A stretch of DNA of 64,000 nt, taken from positions 5,024,001-5,088,000 of the forward strand of contig OY762209.1 of assembly GCA_963665295.1 (NCBI GenBank). Reading direction: 5' to 3'. Numbering within the stretch: the stretch's first letter is position 1; every line of letters begins with the position of its first letter. Source of the stretch: Syntrophorhabdaceae bacterium. GTDB taxonomy: Bacteria; Desulfobacterota; Syntrophorhabdia; Syntrophorhabdales; Syntrophorhabdaceae. This document shows positions 29,304-38,876 of this stretch, one piece after another. The notes under the pieces are model-generated. The model searched no databases and was not told the origin of the DNA. It worked only from the letters and a program-made list of their open reading frames with translations. The position numbers were made by a program, and so were the translations under genes.

Positions 29304-30568
29304 ATGTCCTTTATCCTGTAGAAGTCTTTGAGCCTTTTCAGACTGAAGAGGCCTGAAGATTTAAGGGTCTTCCAGAGGGGGTCCTTAGGACCCTTGCCGA
29401 ACCACATGATCTTCTCCAGGAGCTCGGGGAAGGTCTTCGGGTAATAGGAGAAGAAGGCGTCGTTTTCCAGGAAGGAAGGTACCTTCCTGGAAGAATAGAG
29501 GTCCTTTACCACAAAGGTCTCTTTCAACCTTTTTTCATAGAAGGAGAGGGATTCGGCAGAATAGTCCTTCGACTCCTTCGCGCGGATGATGGTCTCCGCC
29601 GCGAGGATGCCCGAGGCTATGGCGAACTCCATGCCCCGGACCGTTACCCCCATATTGAGGGCAAAACCCGCTGCGTCCCCTGTAACGAGCATCCCGTGGG
29701 TTGCAAGTTTTGCCATGCCTGAGTAGCCTGCTTCGGGGATCACGTGGGCCGAGTATTCCGCAAGGGTCCCGTCCTTCACGAGGGGCCTTATCTCACTTCT
29801 CTCCTTGAAGGCGTCCATCAGGGTATGGACCTCTATCCTGCGCGAGAGGAGGGCCTCGATGCCCACTACGAGGCCGAGGCTTATGCTCTTTTTGTTGGTA
29901 TAGAGAAAACCGCCCCCGAACATGCCCTGAGTCACCTCTCCCAGGAAGAGATGGGCCGAACCCTCACCGGGTTCGACGTTGAACCGATCGTTGATCTTCT
30001 CCTCGGGAAGCTCTATCACCTCTTTGATGCCTACCGCGTAGTTCCTAGGGAGGGACTTCTGCTTGAGGCCCGCCTTCTCCGCCATGAAGGAGAGGACGCC
30101 GTCGGCGGCCACCGTCACGTGGGCGTATATCTCCTCCGAGCCTATCCTTACCCCGGTAATCTTGTTATCCTCGAAGAGGAGGTCGTCTACCCTGTACTTG
30201 GGGATGACGAACACCCCCTTCTCCATGAGCTTTTCAGAGAGCCATCTGTCGAGGGTGGCGCGGAGTACGGTGAAGCTGTGGTCTTCCCGGAAGCGTTCCG
30301 AAGTGAGGTCCACGGAGAGGGAGTTGGATTCGCCGAAGAGGCTCCACCTTTCACGGACCACCTTTCTCTCGAAGGGAGCCCCTTCGAGCATGTCCCCCAT
30401 GAGGTCCTTTGCAGGCATGAGGTAGAGCCTGCCCCCGGTCACGTTCTTGCTCCCGGGGAAATCGCCCCTTTCGAGGACGATGACCTGCATATCCTTTTCC
30501 GCAAGCTTATAGGCGAGGGAGAGGCCCGAGAGCCCTCCTCCCACGATTACCGCATCGATCTTATCCAT
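29300..30568 (-). CDS. fixC: FixC-like FAD-dependent ETF:quinone oxidoreductase
   Basis: IVGGGLSG, ERGDFPGSKNVTGGRLY, APFER, GGGFLYTN, EYSAH.IPE, GDAAG, RGMEFAI.SG. Confidence 0.92.
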   Translation of the reverse strand: MDKIDAVIVGGGLSGLSLAYKLAEKDMQVIVLERGDFPGSKNVTGGRLYLMPAKDLMGDMLEGAPFERKVVRERWSLFGESNSLSVDLTSERFREDHSFTVLRATLDRWLSEKLMEKGVFVIPKYRVDDLLFEDNKITGVRIGSEEIYAHVTVAADGVLSFMAEKAGLKQKSLPRNYAVGIKEVIELPEEKINDRFNVEPGEGSAHLFLGEVTQGMFGGGFLYTNKKSISLGLVVGIEALLSRRIEVHTLMDAFKERSEIRPLVKDGTLAEYSAHVIPEAGYSGMAKLATHGMLVTGDAAGFALNMGVTVRGMEFAIASGILAAETIIRAKESKDYSAESLSFYEKRLKETFVVKDLYSSRKVPSFLENDAFFSYYPKTFPELLEKIMWFGKGPKDPLWKTLKSSGLFSLKRLKDFYRIKDI

Positions 30569-31517
30569 CTTCCTTCGCTTTTTTCAGTTCCTCTTTCAGG
30601 AGGGGGAGTACGGTAAAGAGATCGTCCACGATGCCGTAGTCGGCGGTTTCGAATATGGGGGCTGTGGGGTCCTTGTTTATGGCGATTATGGTCTTCGACG
30701 TGTCCATGCCCATAGTATGGTGGAGGGCGCCCGAGACACCGCAGCCTATGTAGATCTTGGGGGAGACGGTCCTGCCGCTCTTCCCGATCTGATCGTCGTA
30801 CTCCCGCCACTTGTTGTCCACCACCGCGCGGGAGGCGCCTACCCTGCCGTTCATGAAGGAGGCGATATCCTCGAGGAGGGTGAAGTGCTCGGGGCCCTTC
30901 ATGCCTCTGCCGCCGCAGATGATGAAATCGGCCTCCTGGAGGTCCACCTTTTTGGCGGTGTCTTTATGGGAGGCGGTAATGGTGAGGGACGAGTCCTTTT
31001 CCACGGAAAGGTCCTCTTCTATGACCTCACCGGAGGTATCCCGTTTTTCGATGGAGAAGGAGTTTGGCCGGAAGGTGACGAGGGGAACGCCTTTCACCCC
31101 TATCCACGATATGATCCTTCCCCCGAAGAGGGGCTTTTTCACCTTTATGTCTTCTCCTTCGTACGCGATGCCCACCGCATCGGCGATGATGGGGGCCTTG
31201 AGCCGGGCGGCGAGTCTCGGGAAGAGGTCTTTGCCCGTGGTGGTGGAAGGGCCGAATACCATGGCAGGGGCATATTTCGTGATGACCCGGTGAAGGACAT
31301 CCGTGTAGGTATCCCACCGGTAGTCCTTAAGATCGGGGTTATCGACGATAATAACCTTGTCCGCATAGGGCTTGAGTTCTTCCGCGATCTCCTTCATCCC
31401 GTGGCCCAGGGCGATGGCCACGGTCGATCCCATCTCATTTGCTTTTGTAAGGAGTTCGAGGGCGACCTTGCGCACGCCTCCGTCCTTCACTTCTACGAAC
31501 ACACCTATATCTTTCAT
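30561..31517 (-). CDS. fixB: Electron transfer flavoprotein alpha subunit
   Basis: GGRGM, VGASRAVVD, QIGKSGRTVSP..YI..GVSGA.HH..GM, AINKD..APIF. Confidence 0.93.
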   Translation of the reverse strand: MKDIGVFVEVKDGGVRKVALELLTKANEMGSTVAIALGHGMKEIAEELKPYADKVIIVDNPDLKDYRWDTYTDVLHRVITKYAPAMVFGPSTTTGKDLFPRLAARLKAPIIADAVGIAYEGEDIKVKKPLFGGRIISWIGVKGVPLVTFRPNSFSIEKRDTSGEVIEEDLSVEKDSSLTITASHKDTAKKVDLQEADFIICGGRGMKGPEHFTLLEDIASFMNGRVGASRAVVDNKWREYDDQIGKSGRTVSPKIYIGCGVSGALHHTMGMDTSKTIIAINKDPTAPIFETADYGIVDDLFTVLPLLKEELKKAKEDG

Positions 31518-31527
31518 TGTCTCACCT

Positions 31528-32301
31528 TTAGAGTACCCGCGCTTCGTCTTTGAGAAGGCCTATGAGGGTCTTTACCTTCTCCTCCGTGGTCTCCCCTTCC
31601 ATGATCTTTACGGGTGGTCTTTTGGGAGGGTGATCGTAGGAGAGGACGTAGAGGGGGGAGTCGGTTTCTTCTATGCCCAGGGTCCTGGGGTCTATTGCGG
31701 GGATCTGGGCCTTCATGGCCTTCATGACACCTGTAATGAGGGGGACCCTCGGTTCATTGAGCCCTTTCTGGGTGGTAAGAAGGGCGGGGAGCGTAACCTC
31801 CATCGATTCCCTGCCGCCTTCGGCGTCGTGTTCCACGAGGGCCTTGCGGTCCACGATATCGAGCTTCGTCACCGCGCTCACGTGGGGGATGCCTAAAAGC
31901 TCGGCGCTCATGGGGCCTATGACCGCGTTTTCATCGTCGATAGCCTGCCTGCCGCAGAGTATGAGATCGAAACCCTCCTTCTTCGCAAAGGCGGCAAGTA
32001 TCTCTGCCGTTGCCAGGGGGTCCATGTCGGGGTGACCGGCATTGTCGAGAAGAAAGGCCTGGTCCGCTCCCATGGCTATGGCGGTCCTCAAGGCCTCTAT
32101 CGCTTTATGGGCGCCCAGGGCGCATACCGTCACCCGGGACTCCTTTATCTTCTCCTTTATCCGTATGGCCTCTTCCACGGCAAACTCATCGAAGAAGTTC
32201 ATGGTGTACTTGTTTTCTATCTCAAGGGACTTTTTGTCTCCCGAGATTACGATCCTTGCCTCCGTATCGGCTACCTGCTTTATGAATACCAGAATGTTCA
32301 C
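31528..32301 (-). CDS. fixA: Electron transfer flavoprotein beta subunit
   Basis: KQV.DT, N.FDEFAVEEA, AMGAD, GRQAID, NEPR motifs. Confidence 0.93.
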   Translation of the reverse strand: MNILVFIKQVADTEARIVISGDKKSLEIENKYTMNFFDEFAVEEAIRIKEKIKESRVTVCALGAHKAIEALRTAIAMGADQAFLLDNAGHPDMDPLATAEILAAFAKKEGFDLILCGRQAIDDENAVIGPMSAELLGIPHVSAVTKLDIVDRKALVEHDAEGGRESMEVTLPALLTTQKGLNEPRVPLITGVMKAMKAQIPAIDPRTLGIEETDSPLYVLSYDHPPKRPPVKIMEGETTEEKVKTLIGLLKDEARVL

Positions 32302-32390
32302 GTTTATAACCTCCTCGCTCGCCCTTTTTTTAAAAACATTTTTGAGGTCCTGTCAACACAAAATTATCCCTTCCATGGGCGATGATGGTT

Positions 32391-32430
32391 GTATACCGTA
32401 TACTATATTTTAACGGTCAGACTTTGTCAA
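32391..32430 (-). promoter_or_regulatory. fixABCX sigma70 promoter with overlapping operator
   Basis: TTGACA(32430-32425)-17 bp-TATAGT(32407-32402); GTATACCGTATAC at 32391-32403. Confidence 0.8.
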
Positions 32431-32628
32431 ATAAAAAGGAGAAGAATTCGCATCTCTCCGCCGTGACCCGGGCCGCCCGCGGGAAGGCACAAGTAACAGG
32501 CTGCAGTAGGCAGCCGAAGTATCCCCGGGGGACTGCGGGTGGACGTCGGCCGCAAAATGACGAAAGCCTCTCTGAGGGATTCAAGGGAAATCGCGTTGCC
32601 GAGGACATGTCCCTTCGCGAATAATCCC

Positions 32629-32685
32629 TTGACAAATGGGGAAAACAATGTAAATCTGTTGTAAGTTTAATAGTATACCGTATAC
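32629..32685 (+). promoter_or_regulatory. ior operon promoter with operator
   Basis: TTGACA at 32629-32634, TAAATC near 32651; GTATACCGTATAC at 32673-32685. Confidence 0.7.
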
Positions 32686-32790
32686 ACCTACCGCGGGGAA
32701 ACGGCTTCCTCTCCGGGTTCCTGACGGGAGGGCGAGGCGGCGTCCCCGGCGACCGGACCGGGAATCCATCCAATAAGGAAGGACGAAGTC

Positions 32791-34017
32791 ATGTATGAAC
32801 GTGTTTCAAGATTGCTTATAGAGAAAGGCGCAAGGCTGGTCTATACTGCGAGCAGGCCGGTGGGCACAAGCCTCGAAGGGCTCTTTGCGGAGTACCCCTC
32901 CTTTCACTACGAAGTCTCTACCAATGAAAAGGTTGCCTTCGAACTCGCCTTTACCGGGGCTGTCACCGGAAAGAAGGTGGCCTGTATACTCTCCACGGAG
33001 GGACTCTACGAGGCCCTCGACCCTGTCATGACGTCCGCTTATATGGGGGTCGTCGGCGGGTTCCTCGTGGTGTGCATCCGCGAGACCGAAGAGGAGGTAA
33101 CACCTGTCGGCCTCTTCTCGAAGCTCCCCCTCATCGTGACGGAGACCCACGAAGCCCTTGTCAAGGCAATCGATTTCGCCTTTGACGCATCGGAGAGGCA
33201 CCACATACCCTTCATCATCCAGGCGACACCCGGAAAAGGCGAAGACGCCACGACAAGTCCCGGCGGATACGGGCCGCTTCCCGAACCTCAGCCGTCCCAT
33301 TTCGCCAAAGACCCTATGAGGTGGGCTGCCCTGCCTCAGTCGAGATACCGGCTTCACGGGGAGCTTAACACAAAGATAGAACTGATCAGGGAAGAATTCG
33401 AGACTTACGGGGGCAACAAACTGACCCTCATCGGGCGGACAGGCCTCATCACCGATAAGGAGCCCGACCTCCTGGAATCCGGGGAGGATACAGATGTCTT
33501 CCACATGGAGACCATTTTCCCCCTGCCCACCGGACCGGTCCGGGGCTTTATCGACATCATGGACAGGACGGTCGTTTCGGAGGGCCGGTATCCCGCAATC
33601 GAGCTACAGATACCCGACAGGAGCAAGGTGGAGACAGTTCACTCCGGAGAGCCGAAGGATCGGGCAAAAAGAGAGGAGACCATGTATGGTTTCCACGTGG
33701 TGCGGGACAAGTTAGGACCCGCGTCGTCTATCAACATGGCCCACGGCTTGAAGACCCTCGATCCGGATAGGAAAGTACTCGCCATCACCTTTGAAGACCA
33801 CTTTTTTCACTCCGGCATGCCTGCCCTCGTAAACACGATTTACAACGGCTCATCTTATGTGCTCCTCATCCTGACCCACAAGAGGGAGGATGAGATATCC
33901 GGAATGATGGAAGCCTGGGGCCTCAAAAACGTTTTTCACCTCGAAAACACGTCGGAGGTGGAACGCTACAAAGACGCCCGGGAGCTTACCGTGCTTCTCT
34001 GCAAGGGGATCATATGA
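32791..34017 (+). CDS. Degenerate indolepyruvate:ferredoxin oxidoreductase alpha-like subunit
   Basis: STNEKVAFE, GL..A.DP.M..AY.GV.GG, FAKDPMRW, FFHSG.PAL.N..YN; lacks YPG.P, CxGCP, GDIGC and the ferredoxin domain. Confidence 0.75.
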   Translation: MYERVSRLLIEKGARLVYTASRPVGTSLEGLFAEYPSFHYEVSTNEKVAFELAFTGAVTGKKVACILSTEGLYEALDPVMTSAYMGVVGGFLVVCIRETEEEVTPVGLFSKLPLIVTETHEALVKAIDFAFDASERHHIPFIIQATPGKGEDATTSPGGYGPLPEPQPSHFAKDPMRWAALPQSRYRLHGELNTKIELIREEFETYGGNKLTLIGRTGLITDKEPDLLESGEDTDVFHMETIFPLPTGPVRGFIDIMDRTVVSEGRYPAIELQIPDRSKVETVHSGEPKDRAKREETMYGFHVVRDKLGPASSINMAHGLKTLDPDRKVLAITFEDHFFHSGMPALVNTIYNGSSYVLLILTHKREDEISGMMEAWGLKNVFHLENTSEVERYKDARELTVLLCKGII

Positions 34018-34565
34018 ACTATCAGATAGTGTGTGCCGGAATAGGCGGCAGGGGCGTGCTCCTTGCCTCGACGATTCTCATGGAAACGGCGATACGGTCG
34101 GACCTGCACGCCCTCGCATCGGACGAATACGGCATGAGCCAGCGGGGCGGGTCGGTGGTATCCCTCATTAAGATCGGTGATTTCAAAAGCCCCCTTATCG
34201 GCAGGGAGAGTGCCGACGTCCTGCTCGCCTTCGAGGAGAGCGAATTCTTCCGGAACCTCCAGTTCCTCAAAAGGGGCGGCATCACCGTTATCAATTCCCA
34301 TAATGACTCCCTTCCCGGGCCGGTCCAGGACCTCCTGAGAGCGAGGAACGTCGGCTATTACCTCGTCGACGCGGACGGCATCGCCATGGCCGCCCATACG
34401 GTACAGGCGTCAAACATGGCCCTCCTGGGATTCTTCTCTCATCTCGGCGTCGGCCCTTACACCTACCAGAATGTGAGGGACACCATCAAGGAAAGGAAAT
34501 CGGGAAAATTCGTCGAAAAGAACCTCGAGGTTTTTGATACGGGATATGGACGGGCAAAAAAATGA
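34014..34565 (+). CDS. iorB: Indolepyruvate/2-oxoacid:ferredoxin oxidoreductase beta subunit
   Basis: AGIGGRG, E.GMSQRGGSV.S, SPLI...AD, NMALLG, N...F..G. Confidence 0.85.
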   Translation: MNYQIVCAGIGGRGVLLASTILMETAIRSDLHALASDEYGMSQRGGSVVSLIKIGDFKSPLIGRESADVLLAFEESEFFRNLQFLKRGGITVINSHNDSLPGPVQDLLRARNVGYYLVDADGIAMAAHTVQASNMALLGFFSHLGVGPYTYQNVRDTIKERKSGKFVEKNLEVFDTGYGRAKK

Positions 34566-36382
34566 AGAAAGAAAGGGTAGATATTTCCGGAGGTCATGGT
34601 GTGAAGGCTATTGAAAGTGAAGTAATGATAGGGAATTTCGGCATCGCAAGGGGACTCGTGGAAGCGGGGCTGGAACTGGCCGCCGCGTATCCGGGCACCC
34701 CGAGTTCCGAGATCATCCCCGGTATCGTGGAATTCAACAAGAGGGACAAGGGGCACATCCACGCCGAATGGTCGTCAAACGAACGTTGCGCCTTCGAGGT
34801 TGCCTTCGGAGCCGCGGCGGCCGGGAAGAAGGCCGCGTGTATGATGAAACAGGTGGGTCTCAATGTCGCCTTTCCCCCTTTCCTTCACTCCCGGGGCAAG
34901 GCCATTCAGGGCGCCCTCGTGATTGTCTCCTGCGACGACCCCGGCCCCCAATCGTCCCAGACGGAACAGGATACACGCCTCATTTCGACCCTTTTCGGCG
35001 TTCCCGTCTTCGACCCCTCCTCCCCCGCAGAGGCCGCCGACATCGCATATTTTGCCATGGAATACTCATACGAGCACAAGGTGCCGGTGATCGTCCGTTC
35101 CACTCACCGGGTGAGCCACGCGAGGGAGTCCATACCCCTCTACGCGCCGGGCGCGCGGAAGGTGACCATTGACCGCGGGGTCCGCGGGCAGCCCTTCGGC
35201 CCCTCGGGCAAGAATACCCACGGCATGGCAAAACTCGGGGTAGTCGCCTCGGGCATGAGCTATTCCATCGCCGCGGACGCGGTGCGGGGAATGGCCCTGG
35301 AAAACGCGGTACCCGTTTACAAGGTGACTCAGGTATTCCCCCTGGACCCGGACCTCTCCTTTTTCATTGAACGCCATGACTGGGTCCTGGTCATCGAAGA
35401 AACGGACAGCGTCCTCGAAGCGCTCATCGGGAAAGGCGGCAAGATCCTGGGCAGGGCAAACGGCTACGTGCCGAGCGCAGGAGAGCTTACCTATGACGTG
35501 GTGCGGGGCATCCTCGAGAAGATCGCAGAAGAGCTGGAACTGACCGGGATACAGTTTGTCCCCGACTCCTCCATCGAGGAATCCCTGAAAGAGGTTCCCT
35601 TTACGTCGCGGCCCCCTAAACTCTGCTCGGGCTGCCCCCACAGGGCTTCCTTTTATGCCATGCGGCACGCCCTCCCCAAGGCGATCTTTACGGGGGACAT
35701 CGGCTGTTATACCTTGGGCATTTCCATGGGCGCAGTCGATACCTGCATCGACATGGGCGGCGCAGTTACCATGGCATCCGGATTTTACGACGCATTCCAA
35801 CAGGACGGCGTATTGACGCCCATCGTCGCGTCCGTGGGCGATTCAACCTTCTTCCACGCCTGCCTGGAACCCCTCTATGACGCGGTAAAGAAGAAAAAGA
35901 AGTTCATCCTCGTCATTATGGACAACTCCACCACTGCAATGACGGGCATGCAGCCCACTCCGCAATCCGGCGTAACCGCCGCGGGCGGCCCGGCCGGGTC
36001 GGTAAGGATAGAAGACATCGTGTCCGGCTTCGGCGTGGGGTTCCTCACCATTCTCGATCCCTACGACGTTCCCCACATGGCAAAGACACTGAAGGAAGCG
36101 TACGCCTTTCTCAAAAAGAGGGACGAAGGTCCCGCGATCATCATCGCAAGGAGGGAGTGTATCCTCTACACGAAGAAGAAACCTGACGACACCTTCCAGT
36201 ACGCCCATATCGAGGAAGACTGCACCGGTTGCAAGCACTGCATAAACCGCTTTGAGTGCCCCGCCCTCGTTTTCGACGAGGCCCTGAAAAAAGTGAAGGT
36301 AGACAGGGGACTCTGCGTCAAGTGCGGGATTTGTCTCTACGCCTGCCCGCCGAAAAAGAAGGCGAAAGGTATCCGCATGTAG
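34562..36382 (+). CDS. iorA: Indolepyruvate/2-oxoacid:ferredoxin oxidoreductase alpha subunit
   Basis: YPGTPSSEI, NE..AFE, MKQVGLNVA, DDPG..SSQTEQD.R, LCSGCPHR, GDIGCY, GDSTFFH, DN.TTAMTG, 2x[4Fe-4S] C-terminus. Confidence 0.9.
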   Translation: MKKERVDISGGHGVKAIESEVMIGNFGIARGLVEAGLELAAAYPGTPSSEIIPGIVEFNKRDKGHIHAEWSSNERCAFEVAFGAAAAGKKAACMMKQVGLNVAFPPFLHSRGKAIQGALVIVSCDDPGPQSSQTEQDTRLISTLFGVPVFDPSSPAEAADIAYFAMEYSYEHKVPVIVRSTHRVSHARESIPLYAPGARKVTIDRGVRGQPFGPSGKNTHGMAKLGVVASGMSYSIAADAVRGMALENAVPVYKVTQVFPLDPDLSFFIERHDWVLVIEETDSVLEALIGKGGKILGRANGYVPSAGELTYDVVRGILEKIAEELELTGIQFVPDSSIEESLKEVPFTSRPPKLCSGCPHRASFYAMRHALPKAIFTGDIGCYTLGISMGAVDTCIDMGGAVTMASGFYDAFQQDGVLTPIVASVGDSTFFHACLEPLYDAVKKKKKFILVIMDNSTTAMTGMQPTPQSGVTAAGGPAGSVRIEDIVSGFGVGFLTILDPYDVPHMAKTLKEAYAFLKKRDEGPAIIIARRECILYTKKKPDDTFQYAHIEEDCTGCKHCINRFECPALVFDEALKKVKVDRGLCVKCGICLYACPPKKKAKGIRM

Positions 36383-36434
36383 CGCGTTCACACGGGTTCA
36401 CACCTGTGCTCAATTAAACCGCAAAGGGGGATTT

Positions 36435-37652
36435 ATGAAAAAACTTTTCTCAGGTATCCTCATTTTGGCCCTCGTCCTTACCGTCGCCCATCTCCTCAAC
36501 ACCCCGGCTCACGCTGCCGAGCCTATCAAAGTCGGTGTTATAGACACCTATACAGGACCTGCCACCACCTATACCCAGGATGTCCTCGACGGGTTCAAGC
36601 TCGCCATAGGCGAGGTGAACGCCAGGGGAGGCGTATTGGGGAGGAAGATCGAATTCGTGGTCAGAGACGACAAGTTCAAACCCGATATCGCCCTTGCCAT
36701 GGCCAAGGACCTCGTCATGAGGGAGAAGGTCAATGTCCTCATGGGCTCCACCAACAGCGGAGGCGCCCTTGCCGTATCGGACTTCGCCCGGAAGGAGAAG
36801 ATCCCCTTCATCGTAACCGACGCGAAGAGCGACAAGATCGTGGGTGAGAAGGGCCACCGCTATGTATTCAACGCAAACGAGAATACCGCCATGATAGGAC
36901 GGGCAACCGCCATCGCCCTCGCGAAGAAGCCCTACGTGAAATATTGGATCGCCGGAGAGGACTATGAGTTCGGCCACGCATGCGCCGACGCGATATGGAC
37001 CCACCTTAAGGCCATCAAGCCCAATGTCCAGCTCCTGGGGCAGTCGTGGAGGAAGGTAGGGGAGACCGACCTTGCCCCGTACTTAAGCCCCATCCTCCAG
37101 GCCAAGCCCGACTGCCTCATAAGCGCAGCCGGAGGCGGAGGGGTGGTCAACTTCCTGAAGGCTGTAAAGGCCATGGGCCTTGAAAAGAAACTCCCCATCT
37201 ACCAGCACTATGCCACGGACACCATCGCCCTCGCCCCCCTCGGGTTCGAGGCCCCTGAAGGGATAATGGGAAGCTCTTCCTACCACTTCTACTTCCCCAA
37301 TACCCCGGAGAACAAGGCCTTCACTCAGGAGTTCAGGCGGGCCTACAAGAGATACCCCGGCTCAACGGCCCTCTACGGCTATGCGGCAGGGGCCTTCATC
37401 GCCAAGGCCTACCAGAAGGCAGGCTCAATCAACACGGAGAAGTTCATCGATGCTCTTGAGGGCCTCACCGTAGAAAGCCCCATAGGGAAGCTCGAAATGC
37501 GCGCCTGCGACCACCAGGTGACCCTCCCCATGTACTACGGGGTCACGAAAAAGGTCCCGGGTTATGATTTTCTCATAGGGGCGGACATTGTCACCATCCC
37601 CGGCAAGGATTATCTGCCTACGTGCGACGAGATGCTGAAGCTCAGGAAGTAA
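36435..37652 (+). CDS. Branched-chain amino acid/aromatic acid ABC substrate-binding protein (LivJ-like)
   Basis: Signal peptide; EPIKVG, NARGGVLGRKIE..RDD, DYEFG, R.CDHQ. Confidence 0.9.
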   Translation: MKKLFSGILILALVLTVAHLLNTPAHAAEPIKVGVIDTYTGPATTYTQDVLDGFKLAIGEVNARGGVLGRKIEFVVRDDKFKPDIALAMAKDLVMREKVNVLMGSTNSGGALAVSDFARKEKIPFIVTDAKSDKIVGEKGHRYVFNANENTAMIGRATAIALAKKPYVKYWIAGEDYEFGHACADAIWTHLKAIKPNVQLLGQSWRKVGETDLAPYLSPILQAKPDCLISAAGGGGVVNFLKAVKAMGLEKKLPIYQHYATDTIALAPLGFEAPEGIMGSSSYHFYFPNTPENKAFTQEFRRAYKRYPGSTALYGYAAGAFIAKAYQKAGSINTEKFIDALEGLTVESPIGKLEMRACDHQVTLPMYYGVTKKVPGYDFLIGADIVTIPGKDYLPTCDEMLKLRK

Positions 37653-37670
37653 ACCTTAAAGACCCTGTTG

Positions 37671-37704
37671 AAGCGGGCAGGCCCCTGGGCTGCCCGCTTT
37701 TTTT
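37671..37704 (+). terminator. Rho-independent terminator
   Basis: AAGCGGGCAG..CTGCCCGCTT stem + T7, between convergent genes. Confidence 0.8.
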
Positions 37705-38863
37705 ATGTCCCGTGTTTCACGCGCGGCAGCATGAGTGAGAGAATTGTGCAGATTACCGGGAGGAACGCTACCACAGTGATGGTGGCACGAAGCCCGTAGT
37801 GGTCCGCAATCGACCCCAGGAGCGGAGTCGTGAGCCCCCCGAAGGAAAAGGCAAGACCCAGCGTAATCCCCGATGCGAGTCCCACCCGGTTCGGCAGATA
37901 GGTCTGCCCCAGCACCACCATGGGGCCGAAGGGAGCGGCGAGGACAAAGCCGATGGGGATAAGAAGAAGGATCGCCCACAGGGCGTCATGGGTGAAGGCG
38001 AGAAAGGGAAGAAAGAAGGTAAGGAGCACAAACCCGCTGATGGTAACCGCGCGGTACCCGAAGCGGTCGGCCGTCCTTCCGCCCATGAAGTTTCCCGCGA
38101 TGGCCGACCCCAGAAGGACCGCCAGGGCGGAGCCGCCCGCCCCCTTGGACTGGTGGAGGACGTTGATCCAGAAAAGGGGAAGGAAGGTGTTGAGTCCGTA
38201 GAAGACCACGGAACGGCAGAGAAGGGCAACAGCGAGGCAGATGAACCCGGGCCAGTTATCCACCCTGCCCTCACTCGACGCTTTTGCGGCATGACCCGGC
38301 CCCCTTCTCTCGTACCCCTTCTCAAGGCCAGGCAGCATGTACATCACAAGGGCAGCCACTATGGCAGTAGGGATCACGAGGTACACCGTGCCTCTTAACC
38401 CGGAAAACAGGAGGAATGCGGTGGCGATGAGGGGGCCCACCGCAAATCCGAGTTGGCCGCCGATGCCGAAGAGGCTCATTGCAGTGGCCTTCCTGTCTCC
38501 GGCGAGATGATTCATGAGCCGAGCCCCTTCAGGATGGAACATGGCGATGCCGAGGCCGCTCACCATCAGGGCGGCGAGACCCATGCCATAGCCGGGCGCG
38601 ATCCCCGTAAAGGATACGCCGCACCCGATGGCGAGCATGGACACGGGGATAAGCCAGGGTCTCGACTGCCGGTCCACCACATATCCGAAGAGGGGCTGAA
38701 AGATGGTGGAAACCAGGTTGACTGCGAAGACCACCCCGGCCGCCGCAGCATAGCTGATGTGATGTTCGGCGATAAAGAAGGGCAGGAGTACGGGTATGGC
38801 GCCCTGGTTGATGTCCGCGGACGCGTGGGCGATGACCAGGAGGCCGATGGATCGGATGTTCAC
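37703..38863 (-). CDS. MFS transporter (Fsr-like)
   Basis: H...D..QG, QPLFGY..DR, FHPEG, GGQLGFA.GP, GG..ADRFG, G.ASG. Confidence 0.9.
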   Translation of the reverse strand: MNIRSIGLLVIAHASADINQGAIPVLLPFFIAEHHISYAAAAGVVFAVNLVSTIFQPLFGYVVDRQSRPWLIPVSMLAIGCGVSFTGIAPGYGMGLAALMVSGLGIAMFHPEGARLMNHLAGDRKATAMSLFGIGGQLGFAVGPLIATAFLLFSGLRGTVYLVIPTAIVAALVMYMLPGLEKGYERRGPGHAAKASSEGRVDNWPGFICLAVALLCRSVVFYGLNTFLPLFWINVLHQSKGAGGSALAVLLGSAIAGNFMGGRTADRFGYRAVTISGFVLLTFFLPFLAFTHDALWAILLLIPIGFVLAAPFGPMVVLGQTYLPNRVGLASGITLGLAFSFGGLTTPLLGSIADHYGLRATITVVAFLPVICTILSLMLPRVKHGT

Positions 38864-38876
38864 TCAAGTCTCCTTG

